A DNA stretch of 62,898 nucleotides, counting the filler, from Globobulimina sp. (Eukaryota), in NCBI GenBank assembly GCA_003354225.1. It is 36 parts of 36 records of this genome, joined end to end, with 100 filler letters (N's around TTAATTAATTAA, not from the genome) between each part and the next. Parts side by side here need not be neighbours in the genome. Positions count along the whole stretch, not along the records: positions 22,761 to 24,410 come from PIVH01013615.1; positions 24,511 to 26,160 come from PIVH01013616.1; positions 26,261 to 27,910 come from PIVH01013617.1; positions 28,011 to 29,660 come from PIVH01013618.1; positions 29,761 to 31,410 come from PIVH01013619.1; positions 31,511 to 33,160 come from PIVH01013620.1; positions 33,261 to 34,910 come from PIVH01013621.1; 29 more parts are not named here. The stretch is one strand, 5' to 3'. The translations under genes and the position numbers were made by a program. This document shows, in pieces, positions 23,555 to 35,010 of this stretch. The first letter of the stretch is position 1. Every line of letters begins with the position of its first letter. The notes beneath the pieces are model-generated. The model saw only the letters and a program-made list of their open reading frames with translations. It made no database searches and was not told the origin of the DNA.

Positions 23555-24319
23555 ATGTCTACAGAGATTGATTGGTCAATGACTGATATGACTTTAAAAA
23601 AACAATTATTGAAACTTTCCAAACTCCAATTAATTAAAACTTGCAAATCTCAAAAGGTTTCATACAATGGGAACAAGAATGAGATAGTCAATCGTTTATT
23701 AAATAAAAAGAAAAAATCAAATCAAAAACAACCAAAAAAGAAATTGGTGAAAAAAATCAAGAAAAAATTAAAACACAAACAATGGAAAAAAATTGCATTC
23801 ATTTCCACCGACGCCGCAGAACTCATTGTTCAGTGCAAATTAATTTTATTTGAGTTGTTGGGATATTCTCAATTTGACATTTTGGTTTCCTGTCTCGCGC
23901 CAAATGATAAAAACGAAATTGTTGCTTTTTGGAAACGCTTTGAATCCAAAGAACAAAGACAAAGCCGAGAGAATGGATTAATTTCTAAATTGAATGCATT
24001 TGAGCAAAGCAAAGATGTGGATGGCTTTGCAGTGATTGATAAGAAATCGTATTCTGTTTGTTTCAAAATTGTAAATCAAAATGGCACTGCAAACAGAAAC
24101 TTATGTGCTTTGGAATGGGTGGCAGATAAAAGAAATATGAAGTTTTGGTCTTGGTTTTCTGATCAAAAATCGAGTATGCGATTTGATTTGTTGTTGGAGC
24201 TTGAAAATCCATCATTTTGTGATATCTCCGATTGTCCCCTAAAAGACAAAATATCAGACCAAAATATCGGTGATATTTTCAAAATTTGGGTGCCGAAATC
24301 TGAAAATATCAACATGTGA
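23555..24319 (+). CDS. Hypothetical protein with an N-terminal SAP-like motif
   Basis: LSKLQLIKTCKSQKVSYNGNKNEIVNRL. Confidence 0.55.
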   Translation: MSTEIDWSMTDMTLKKQLLKLSKLQLIKTCKSQKVSYNGNKNEIVNRLLNKKKKSNQKQPKKKLVKKIKKKLKHKQWKKIAFISTDAAELIVQCKLILFELLGYSQFDILVSCLAPNDKNEIVAFWKRFESKEQRQSRENGLISKLNAFEQSKDVDGFAVIDKKSYSVCFKIVNQNGTANRNLCALEWVADKRNMKFWSWFSDQKSSMRFDLLLELENPSFCDISDCPLKDKISDQNIGDIFKIWVPKSENINM

Positions 24320-24510
24320 ATTATGAGAAGAATTTTATGTTAAATTTATAGAGGAAATCTGAGATATCATAGGCATATTACGGTTTATTGTGACAAAATA
24401 CCGGTTGAATNNNNNNNNNNNNNNNNNNNNNNNNNNNNNNNNNNNNNNNNNNNNTTAATTAATTAANNNNNNNNNNNNNNNNNNNNNNNNNNNNNNNNNN
24501 NNNNNNNNNN

Positions 24511-25184
24511 CAATAATTTATCACATTCATTTAGTGCCAATTCTATGTCTTGTCGATAATCGGTAATATTCGACATTTCTTTATTTATATTCTCTAATTT
24601 CGTCAATTTCCATTCTTCGATCTGATACATTTGAAATATAAACAAAATAAAATAAATTGTATATTCCACATAACCTCAACTTGTTTATACAATGATTGTT
24701 TTCGTTTATTTAAATTATTGAGAATAGCATCAAATTCCTGATCAATGTTTAATTTATTTTCCTTAACACACTCTTCGATTTCATTAAAATGTTTGGAGAA
24801 TAATATTTGAACATTTTCAGTATTTTTATATCTGCGTTTTAATGTTGTTAAATATTCTTCTTCCTTCATTGTAATTGCTACAACATGTCTTTCCGATTTT
24901 TTCTGTGGTTTATATTTTAATTGAATTTGTTTTATCGCTGCTTTAAATTTCAATTTGATTGTAAATGATAAGTTTAATTGTTCTCTGCCACACAATACCT
25001 TTAAATCATCATTTTCTATGAACAATAACTCATTCCAACCAACTCCCATTTCTACTAATTTCGAATACACATCAGCAGCAACACCATGTTCTGATAATAC
25101 TTGCTTTAGAGTTGGTATTGTTGACTGTGATACTGATCCTTCCTCGTCTCTTCTACTAGTTGTTTCCAACAGTTCCTGTGCCAT
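24511..25184 (-). CDS. SAM-like domain plus coiled-coil protein, partial, intron 24622-24680
   Basis: LKQVLSEHGV...L.EMGV....LL.I..DDLK.L...K.KF.AAI; a 59-nt GT-AG intron joins LYKQ to IEEW. Confidence 0.6.
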
Positions 25185-25417
25185 TATACTCTAATACACT
25201 GACACAAGTTTAAAAACCCTTTGTGATATCATGTGTACTCTGTTTTGGTCTGAAAGCTCAGTTAGAACAACATTTGAAAGTTAATGTCAAGTTTTAAAAT
25301 TATGTTCGCACTTTATAAAACATTATGTTCGCACTTTATAAAACCTAGAAAATATAAATGTAATTTAAATAACGGAAAAAAAATAAAAACGTATGTAGTC
25401 AATCAAAGACAAAAAAT

Positions 25418-26146
25418 TCAATCCTGATTTATAATATTTTGTAGATATCTATTTTCATTGTTGAGCATTTCTTCATCTCCATCATCATCATCGTCCTCAT
25501 CGTCAATGACTTTGAACGACACCAAAGCATCAACTTTATGTATATTTGTATTAAATGATCGCAATCGGACCACTTCCGAATTTGTAATGTATTTTGGCTG
25601 TGACTCTTGCCATAATTTGGGTATTTTACAGCCTTTATCCGTATGAGCTAAGATATCAAATGAACACGGAACCTCTAACAATGGTAAAAATGTCACCGAT
25701 GAGGTTATTTGACGAATTATGCCACGAATCTCATTCTGGATATCTTTTATCGACTTATTATTTTTGGTTTTAGTTTTTTTATTATTGTTAATAGTTTGTT
25801 TGTCAGTTTGTACATTGAATAACCATCTTTCCAGCGGGGTGCCATCATCAATCGAAGCAATCACTAACACTAATTTTTGTATATCGCCTTTTAATAACCA
25901 CTGTTGTATTTGTTGCAAGATATTATTTAAATAATTTTGTAATTCTTCGTTTTTTGTAACCATTACTTGCAATTTATATTGTTTTTTGGCTTCAAATGTG
26001 CTTTCGGGGTAAATTCCGCGTTGATATAATATTGAATTAATTGCATAACCAAAGAATTCGGTTACGATGGCGGTGGAACCACGTAATGTTATGTTGTTCT
26101 GTACTACTTTAGATGTTGATGTCTTGTTTTGCAGTGAGTCAAATGT
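25418..26146 (-). CDS. MAD2: Spindle checkpoint protein MAD2 (HORMA domain)
   Basis: ITLRGSTAIVTEFFGYAINSIIYQRGIYP, LERWLF, IQNEIRGIIRQITSSVTFLPLL and VRLRSF.T..HKV. Confidence 0.95.
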   Translation of the reverse strand, partial: TFDSLQNKTSTSKVVQNNITLRGSTAIVTEFFGYAINSILYQRGIYPESTFEAKKQYKLQVMVTKNEELQNYLNNILQQIQQWLLKGDIQKLVLVIASIDDGTPLERWLFNVQTDKQTINNNKKTKTKNNKSIKDIQNEIRGIIRQITSSVTFLPLLEVPCSFDILAHTDKGCKIPKLWQESQPKYITNSEVVRLRSFNTNIHKVDALVSFKVIDDEDDDDDGDEEMLNNENRYLQNIINQD

Positions 26147-26405
26147 TTATTGTTGAAATGNNNNNNNNNNNNNNNNNNNNNNNNNNNNNNNNNNNNNNNN
26201 NNNNTTAATTAATTAANNNNNNNNNNNNNNNNNNNNNNNNNNNNNNNNNNNNNNNNNNNNATTCGTAGTAGAAATGGAATTAATATTTACATTATCATTC
26301 CTTTGAATGGCTAGCAGTGCACAACCAGATCAAGTGGTAGTTGCACATCCTGAAAAAAACAAAACACTCAAAAAATAGTGCATCTCCGAATCATATTTTT
26401 TACTA

Positions 26406-27754
26406 TCAAGAAATTGGATAATTTTTCATTCCCGGACATTGTGCTTGATTCGGTGTAATTTTATCCATCCAACTTTTATACTCTTTCCATTCACATAATC
26501 GGTATTTATTTGTTTTTTGTGATGGACAATATTCGGTGGGCAATGTCAATATTTTCCCATTATAACTAATTTGAAGATAATATTTTTGATTTTGATCCTC
26601 ATACAATTCAATTCCGAGCATACAGGCATATTCCACCCACGTTGTCAATTCCTGTCCAAATGCACCTAACAAAGGACACATTGCATTGCCATCGTGGACG
26701 CCATACAGCCACATTTTATGATAACTGCCATTTCCATTGTTATTGACTGCATATTCCAGTCTGTGATACATTAATCTCAACAAAGGACCAATACGATAAA
26801 TGGTGGAAGTTGTATAATTTGGATAAAAATTAGAATAATTAGCATACCACGCATGGTCAGACTGCAATTCATCCAACAAAGATTGCGTAAAATTGTCTGG
26901 TACTTGATACTGATGACAAGAATAACAATTACCACAATCTCTGATTTGTACGGCAGTGCGGTTTGAGCCATACATAAATGACTTTGCTTCTCCTTGCAAA
27001 GGCTCAGTGATTCTGCTTTGATGTGTTATATATTCTGGCGATGATTTCATATTATTTTGGAGCGTCGCTAAATAGGGACAACATTGATATTTGTTTGAGT
27101 CAATGCATAATCGTCCTGTTCTGTGTTAATATGAATATTATATTTTAATGCAGCGGAAACATTATCAGCCAAATTGGAGTATAATCCCTCAAATAATGCC
27201 ATCACAGATTGTTGAACTCGAAGACTTGAATCAGAATGAATGAATAAGACAGAATTTATATCATCGGAATTCTCAAATGTTGCCGGAATGATATGATAAG
27301 TTTCAATATATCTCGATGACAAACCATATCCATTCGACACTTGTTGTTGAAATCCAATCGATGTTAACTGCCCAGAAAGACAATTGCCAGCAATTATATT
27401 TACATCATTTGCAGTAAGCAGTTGGAAATTGAATGATAATGGATATTGTTTAGAATTCGGACTTGATTCACTCGAATAACGCGTATTTGGCTGAATACCA
27501 ATGGTTTGCGAGCAATTCCAAACAGTTTCATGCTCATTAGAGCTCCAACATTGTTCATTATGAGCTACGGTTCTATCTCCATGGCGGCTCAATATATGTG
27601 ATTGCAACAATTTAAATGATGAATTTGGTGGTGATACAGATTCCCATTCTGCGAAATCTATATTTGGACCGCAAATTCCTTTTAAAATATGGCACTTCAC
27701 CTTTTGTGCAATGATTAACAAACAAATCAACCATAGCTTCAGAAACAGTGCCAT
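26406..27754 (-). CDS. Secreted histidine acid phosphatase with one frameshift near 27095
   Basis: Signal peptide, RHGDRT, GQLT..G..Q, RVQQS and HD motifs; inserting one base restores DYALT.NKYQCCPYL into the second ORF. Confidence 0.85.
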
Positions 27755-28790
27755 GAGTTAATGATTTTTTACATAGCTAAGCACATCTGATACTACCAGT
27801 ACAGTCTACGTACATCATCAAGAAATCAGGCAAAAATAAAAAAGAGTAGGCCAAAAAACAAATATTGCAAGTGTTTAAGTTGAACAATGACTGGGTAGAT
27901 GCACCACCAANNNNNNNNNNNNNNNNNNNNNNNNNNNNNNNNNNNNNNNNNNNNTTAATTAATTAANNNNNNNNNNNNNNNNNNNNNNNNNNNNNNNNNN
28001 NNNNNNNNNNAAATTATTATAAAATATATCTGAAAATTCGTCCTCAAATTCAATGGCTTCAATTTGTGCATAAAATGACTGTCATTTTAATTCATCCGCA
28101 ATCGTAGCTTGTCGATGTATAGCACGCCGTGGTAAACTTATTCTTATCATTGGCATCCATTTGTAAGCGAAATAACTGCCATTCTGCATATAATGAATAC
28201 TATTTAATATCGCATTGATCATTTAGTTTGAATTGGTTTGTGCATCATTGATACATAGATCCTTAATTCGATTCCAATCACTATGTACACAATATATTAA
28301 TATTAAACTAGAGTTGCATCAATGTACATATGTTTCCGGAAACAATTATACAAAATATCATGCATAAGCGTTTTTGTATTATTGTTTGGCATTGTTATTG
28401 TAAATAATGTCAAATATTTTGTATAGTCATTAATTGATTTGAGCAGCTACACGATGTCACATGTAATTAATTTAACTAGCTGTCATTGTCATAATCGAGG
28501 AAACGATTTTCATAATCACAATGCCGTGGGTACGTGGGTACGAATCCGCATTAATGCAATGGGAATGGGAATGGCATAGCGATAGAATTATAAAGGCCTG
28601 CCATCAATTGAGGTAGGTTGCGAGTTCAGTGATAACGTACAACAAAAAACACTAAACACAAAAAAAGAAAAATAGAGAGATAATAAGATGCACAATATAT
28701 AAAAGTGAAAAAGTAACATAAAAATATAAGGAATATAAAATGCAAAAAGTAAATAAAATAGAACAAAAATATAATAATAATAATATAGGA

Positions 28791-29660
28791 TCATGAATAA
28801 TATTCTTCCATACATTCTAAACACACAATAATGTCATCACATTTTGAACATGAATAAGCAATGGAGTTTTTCTCAAAATCTGTCTCATTGCATTTATCGC
28901 ATTTATTTCTTCCATCAAAAGTTGTTTTTTTTAATTCCATTGGATGCTCATCACATGCAATGCGATTAATTTTCGTAGGTTGTGTATGATAAATTTGATA
29001 ATTCACCACATCATTACTTATTTTTTCTTCTTCCAACGTTTCCAATTTAAATTCACCACATTTCCATTCTTTTTGTAGCTCCAAAATACAATGACGCTCT
29101 TTGCCATATTGGTCCATTTTCTTTCCTGCTTTCCAGAAATCAATCCATTTCTCCAGCCTTTCTTTTCTAAGCACACCATTACATTCGTTCTTTTTTGAAC
29201 ATGAATCATGGATTTTTTTTGTTTTCTCCACTGTATATACACCAAATGATTTACCACACGCCATCAGGCACGGAATTTGTATCCCGCCCAAATCCTTTGT
29301 AACTTCGGTTTGCGTCCAATGAGTTTTTATTTGGAAAAATTTATTTGGGAGATACTCACATTGATCTCCATGGACTGTACATACTGTTTTCCCCGAATAT
29401 GTCAACAATATATAAGTCAGATTATGTTCAATTGCATATACTGTTTGTACCAATGTGCTTCTTCTGAAGTTAGGTTTATTTATGTCCGACCCACTACTTT
29501 TCAATTTCGGCCAAACTACTTTCAGAATTTCATATTCTTCTTTCATTTTTATAAAAATGTCGGAGAGAAATAATAATAATCGACAATAACAATTGACATC
29601 ATCTTTAAGGTTTTGTTTGAAATTTTCAGTTGGTTGTAATGGTGACAAATCCACATAAAA
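28791..29660 (-). CDS. Hypothetical protein with a C-terminal Cys/His zinc finger (C1/ZZ-like), 5'-truncated
   Basis: C..H.M...CDKC...YSCSKCD..VCLEC. Confidence 0.55.
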   Translation of the reverse strand, partial: FYVDLSPLQPTENFKQNLKDDVNCYCRLLLFLSDIFIKMKEEYEILKVVWPKLKSSGSDINKPNFRRSTLVQTVYAIEHNLTYILLTYSGKTVCTVHGDQCEYLPNKFFQIKTHWTQTEVTKDLGGIQIPCLMACGKSFGVYTVEKTKKIHDSCSKKNECNGVLRKERLEKWIDFWKAGKKMDQYGKERHCILELQKEWKCGEFKLETLEEEKISNDVVNYQIYHTQPTKINRIACDEHPMELKKTTFDGRNKCDKCNETDFEKNSIAYSCSKCDDIIVCLECMEEYYS

Positions 29661-30127
29661 NNNNNNNNNNNNNNNNNNNNNNNNNNNNNNNNNNNNNNNN
29701 NNNNTTAATTAATTAANNNNNNNNNNNNNNNNNNNNNNNNNNNNNNNNNNNNNNNNNNNNGCATCCAATGAATGGCCACCCGGTCATTCATTGGCTGGTA
29801 AGGCAAAGAGGCGGAGCCTCTTTCGGAAGCGGCCATCAGGCCGCTTAAGCCGTCACTTCGGCAGTATTTGTACACACGCCCCCCCACCCACCCCATTAAA
29901 AGGGGAGCAGTATGGTTTTGCTACTAGGAAAAGTTTGCACAAATTGATATACTTGCGGTGTACATATATTACAGAATATTATAAGATAAATATATATATA
30001 TATATGGTTCTATAGGTGATTGTTTCATAAACGATAGTACATATGATGCATAGACATGCAATGTACATACAATATATTATGATATATCATAAAGTATATA
30101 TATTTATATATATGGGGTTTTTTCTAG

Positions 30128-31145
30128 GTCATCATTGGAATCAACAGGGACTTAAACATCAGGCAATATACAACGATGGGCTTTTTGCCCTGATTTCTGA
30201 GGCAAAGGACCAATTGGATAGTGGCGATGCGCACACTCTTGGGTCAAACCGAAAAGAAAATCAAGTAAATATTTTTTGCCCATTTTTTGGAAACTACCTC
30301 ACATACATTGTTTTGCAGCGACAGACAACGATATTTATTTGCGGCAAATGAATATGGTTATGCAGTGGCAGATAAAGCGTTTGGAAATGCTCAAGCTCAA
30401 CTTGGAACGGACGAACTCAAGAAAGTAAATGAAGCACAGCTTATGTTGGCTAAGCTGGATAAAACGGTTAGTAGAATTATATTTTATACAAAAAGAAAAA
30501 CTGTAGAGTAGTACATACTGTAGAGTGTTATCCAACTTAGCTTTACAGTACACACACATACATGCATGCATGCATGCATGCATGCATACATACATACATA
30601 CATACATACATACATACATACATACATACATACATACATACATACATACATACATACATACAAACAAACAAACAAACAAACAAACAAACAAACAAAGCAA
30701 AGGTTATCTATTGACCTATTTCTTATGTAGGTGAGGGAATTACGTTTTTCATGCTTCAAATTACGTTTTTTCTGGGACAAAAACTCAGATCAATTATAAC
30801 TCTATGTCCACTATTTTGAAAGAACTTTTACAGAAAGTAGGAGTGGATCCCGCTAAATATGGCCTCCACAGTCTGCGAGCTGGCGGAGCATCTCTTGCTG
30901 CTAAGAAAGGGGTCCCCAGGGATTTGATTCAGAGACATGGGAGATGGAGGGATTCGGAATCGTTGCAAACTTACATTAATCCCTCCACTCAAGCTAAATT
31001 CGACATTACTAGACAGATGTTTACTTTAGGTTCAACTACTACCCAATCTACAATGCCCTCTGGACCCCCTAGTACGCTCATGGACAAGCTCCGTCAAGCA
31101 CTCAACCTCAAGACTGCACCCATGATTCTTCGTCCTGATAAATGA
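30128..31145 (+). mobile_element. Degenerate tyrosine-recombinase (DIRS/Ngaro-like) retroelement: gag-like exons plus YR C-terminus
   Basis: YR box II YGLHSLRAGGAS...IQRHGRW....Y (30804-31145); upstream WNQQG..HQAIYN...DRQRYLFAANEYGY resembles DIRS-type gag. Confidence 0.7.
30551..30696. repeat. Compound tetranucleotide microsatellite (CATG)n(CATA)n(CAAA)n inside a putative intron (30467-30730)
   Basis: Directly visible. Confidence 0.97.
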
Positions 31146-31510
31146 TAATAATATAATGTGACATATAATATGTACTATGATGTATGTATATTGACATACA
31201 GTATGTCATACTGTATGATATTGGTGATCGCGTGATGTGTACCTTTGTCTGTCATCGCTCTTTTCTGGAGATAAAATTGTCCAATTTTATAATGGCCGAA
31301 AACGAATAAATAATTATGTTTATTTCGCAGAAATAAAATGGATTATTTTAGCTAGAGAAATATCGTACGGGGGTGCATTTTTTTATTTTTTGCTTATTGA
31401 AGGAGCAAAANNNNNNNNNNNNNNNNNNNNNNNNNNNNNNNNNNNNNNNNNNNNTTAATTAATTAANNNNNNNNNNNNNNNNNNNNNNNNNNNNNNNNNN
31501 NNNNNNNNNN

Positions 31511-31861
31511 ATTTACAGAATATGATGCATTGTATTTTATAGTGCATACGTTTGGAATCATTTTATTCTCATTTGGGCCATAAAAATCTAAATATATGTA
31601 CTCAAAGCATTCTTTATTGAGTTGAATAGAGTTGTTTTGATTGTTTGCATTGTGGGGTTTGGCTAAAAATAAAATATCGTGCTGTTTATCAGATTGCCAT
31701 CTTTTTGGTGATGGTCCAGCAGAATGTTTAGCAACTAATAGCAAATTATTTCCCACAGTATCTGACCAGCGGAAAATTGTTTGAATAATGGCAAAATTCA
31801 ATATTATAAATAGACCAAATAGCGTATAAACTTTTGGAAACTGTTTGCTTAGTCTGCTCAT
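31511..31861 (-). CDS. 5' part of a type II membrane protein
   Basis: Short cytosolic N-terminus, one transmembrane helix, then a polar stem; truncated by the contig end. Confidence 0.45.
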
Positions 31862-31945
31862 GCCCTGAGGTCCGCGGTCTAGCTGAAAAACTTAAAAAAC
31901 ATTGGATGAATTCGAAGTCAGTGTTTTCGAGAAGGTTCTTGGCTT

Positions 31946-33160
31946 TCATAACAGAAATAATTTTTTCCATGATCCCAAGTCAGTAAATGAGTTTTGTATC
32001 GATCTTCTGCATGTCGGACAGTTCATATTCCTACTAATCACATCATATGCATCTGTTTTACAGAATTTATGTCCACAAGGAACAAATACAATATCTGCAC
32101 AGCCGTAAGCACCATAACATATTGTACATTCATTGTGTTCCTGCTCAAATATTAATTGTTTATATTGTGACTTATGCGCAAACCGAATCAAACTCCATAA
32201 ACCAAACAATTCGGCCATTTGTATTTGTGTCATAAACCGCGTTGTATTACCAACAACTCCGTCAAACATTGTTTTTATAAATAAATCCTTTAAATGGTTC
32301 ATTTTACTATTTATAATGTATCTATTTTGCTGTTTTATCAATGGATAACATAATGTTCTACAGATAACGGGCGGTATCCACCAAATACAAAACATGGAAT
32401 ATTCGAATGGATCGTTCTTTTTTGATAAATATCTATTTACAAAGCCAATTGAATGTAATTTTGGTGATATCTCAATCAATAATTCTCGGCAATAATGGAC
32501 CAATGATTCATATAAGGCGTTGTATGCCAAATGCATAAAATAGCCGTTATACAATGATATATGCTCAGCGACCATTTGCTTGCCAATATCAACAATGTTG
32601 CTGCATAATCCATTCACGTCATATCTAAATTCGATGCCTTCCTTTCCAATCTCACCAAAATCTAATGCAATTCCAACATATATGGAATATAAAGGAAATG
32701 TCAATAATGAACATAATGAAGAAATCACTATTTTTCTTACTAATTTGTCATGTTCCCAGTTATGTTGATATCCGCCATTGTCATTAGCATCGGCATCGGC
32801 ATTGGCATTTATTGCGTTTGCGTCAACAATTTGATTATTTGGTACTGTTGTATGTATATTTTGTAGTTTACATTTATTGTATAAATGCATTGAACAACTG
32901 TAATAATATCGTTTTTGGTTGTTTTTGTTATCAGCAATAAATAATGTATTTGGTATAATTTTATCCAATAAATAAGCGGATAAATGAGATATTAAACTGA
33001 TACTAAATAATATGGGAATGCCTCGTAGTTTATTTGGTATGCCATTGTTTGGTAAGGTTTGCAAGTATTTATTGAGATCTCTTCGTTTTTTGCCATCTAA
33101 ATTGACATTAATTCCAATTGTTGGTATTTTTAAATCTGATCGATATTCGTATAAAAGAGA
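31946..33160 (-). CDS. Degenerate mitochondrial-carrier-like (SLC25/MTCH-like) protein fused to a C-terminal RING finger, 5'-truncated
   Basis: Carrier-like blocks LLTFPL, Y..NG...IVD...ISLYNGY and LCYPL...NR; RING CTIC...PCGH.FC..D...CPTCR. Confidence 0.6.
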   Translation of the reverse strand, partial: SLLYEYRSDLKIPTIGINVNLDGKKRRDLNKYLQTLPNNGIPNKLRGIPILFSISLISHLSAYLLDKIIPNTLFIADNKNNQKRYYYSCSMHLYNKCKLQNIHTTVPNNQIVDANAINANADADANDNGGYQHNWEHDKLVRKIVISSLCSLLTFPLYSIYVGIALDFGEIGKEGIEFRYDVNGLCSNIVDIGKQMVAEHISLYNGYFMHLAYNALYESLVHYCRELLIEISPKLHSIGFVNRYLSKKNDPFEYSMFCIWWIPPVICRTLCYPLIKQQNRYIINSKMNHLKDLFIKTMFDGVVGNTTRFMTQIQMAELFGLWSLIRFAHKSQYKQLIFEQEHNECTICYGAYGCADIVFVPCGHKFCKTDAYDVISRNMNCPTCRRSIQNSFTDLGSWKKLFLL

Positions 33161-33260
33161 NNNNNNNNNNNNNNNNNNNNNNNNNNNNNNNNNNNNNNNN
33201 NNNNTTAATTAATTAANNNNNNNNNNNNNNNNNNNNNNNNNNNNNNNNNNNNNNNNNNNN

Positions 33261-34699
33261 CCACCGTTTGTCCATTCTGTTTTGTGTTTGGTTGTATAGT
33301 TACATTCCACAATTAAATCATCTCCCGGCAATAATGTTATTTCATGTTGATGTGGCACTGCTTCTTGAAAGTTAAAATCATAATTTTTATTGACAGCGAC
33401 TGGTTTTAATTCTTGTCCATTTCGAATATGCTGTACTTGTAACCCAACAGCTTGTAAATGTGCATGTAACAATGTTGCAAACATTTTCACCCCATTTTTT
33501 GGGAGTGTATGAGATGTACATTCTGATGGACAATAACCATAGTTATTAGCTAATGGCATACCTGGTGGAATAATGTGTGTTAGAGATGTCCCCATTCCAG
33601 TCGTCAGCAGTCCTGCATCATATTGTCGAAGTGTTGGCGTGTAATACCATCTGATTCCCGAAGAATCATAAATTGGACTGCGAGCCGAAGGATTATCATA
33701 ATGGATTTGCATCATTACATATTGCAATATGTCTCCACGAGCTTTATTATTTGTACCCGACATTTCCAATCCAACATGTGGAGGAAAGCTAAATCCATTT
33801 CCACCAACAGCCCATCCACCAATCATTGCGCCATTGTGACAATCTTGTATAGAATCTGGCATATTTGGAGAACGTGTTACACCACAACGTCTTTGAAAAC
33901 CAACATGTGATTCGTTAACTATTGCAGATGGACAGTAATATGTTAATATATGATGTACAGTGGCTTCATTTCCTGCAGTTATAATTGGTTCAAACCGAAT
34001 AATGTGTTGAGATAATGGAGTTTCTGGTAATTTAAATAAGCCACAATAATAACTTGTTTTATCTGCTGAAACACTGATATTATTCATTGTTAATTCTGTT
34101 GTTACATAATCCGAAGGTAAGTCGACCTTAAATCCATCAATTCCAGTTTCAAAATTAATTGACTTTGTTCCTCTGTTGCTTAATAAATGTGGTTCAATGC
34201 TGTTATCCGCAGTATTTACCTCAGGATCCATTGAGTTAAAGGCATAAATTAAGCGCGTTGTACCTTGAGCCAAATTATAAATATTTTCATCTTCATAACA
34301 TGGATATTTATCTCTTTTAAATCGTATTTTTGTTTTTTTATTTGTTTGTTCCCCTTCAATCAATGTTAAATGGTTTTGAATGCTGTTTAATTTTGGTGTT
34401 ATTTTGGTTGAATCTGTGTAGCGACTTTGTAAATAAACTTTATTTGTATTGTCATCGATCCACATCAACATTATATCTGAATTTGCCATGTCACCATTTG
34501 GTGAAATACCAATGGCGCACCACCCTAAATTCATACATTCGACACCAAATTCAATTGTATCATTTCCAATGTTATTCCAATACAATTCAAATGTGTGTTC
34601 AATTAAACTTACATGATGCACAAAATCTGATTCATCCCACATTGATAAGCTGTTTATTATCAATATCTGAATCATTAACATTCTTTTCATCATTGTCAT
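33261..34699 (-). CDS. DOMON plus copper type II ascorbate-dependent monooxygenase (DBH/MOXD1-like), 3'-truncated
   Basis: Signal peptide; DOMON GW.AIG.SP.G.M..SD; Cu-binding VHHIL, QIHYDNP and LHAHL; YDFNFQ; GDDLI.EC.Y.T. Confidence 0.92.
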
Positions 34700-35010
34700 A
34701 GTAATACTTTTCTGTACCGTTTCGTGATTAATCTCGCTTTGTGACTTTGTGTTGAATTAATTTAATAATTAATTTATATTTATAGAATTATGGAAAAAAT
34801 ACTATACAAACACCGCTTTTGTTTTTCATCAGCTACAGAATCAATGTTTGGAATTATATAATATCAATATTGATTATTGATGGATTATATATATTCGCAG
34901 CCACAAGAATNNNNNNNNNNNNNNNNNNNNNNNNNNNNNNNNNNNNNNNNNNNNTTAATTAATTAANNNNNNNNNNNNNNNNNNNNNNNNNNNNNNNNNN
35001 NNNNNNNNNN

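Noticed and set aside
27050-27100. Programmed frameshift or stop readthrough in the acid phosphatase
   Set aside because: One missing base explains it and no slippery site or stimulatory structure is visible; other apparent single-base losses occur in the window (tRNA T-arm, MFS start).
30335-30780. ORFs with CMYV/HTYI repeats
   Set aside because: They are translations of the tetranucleotide microsatellite.
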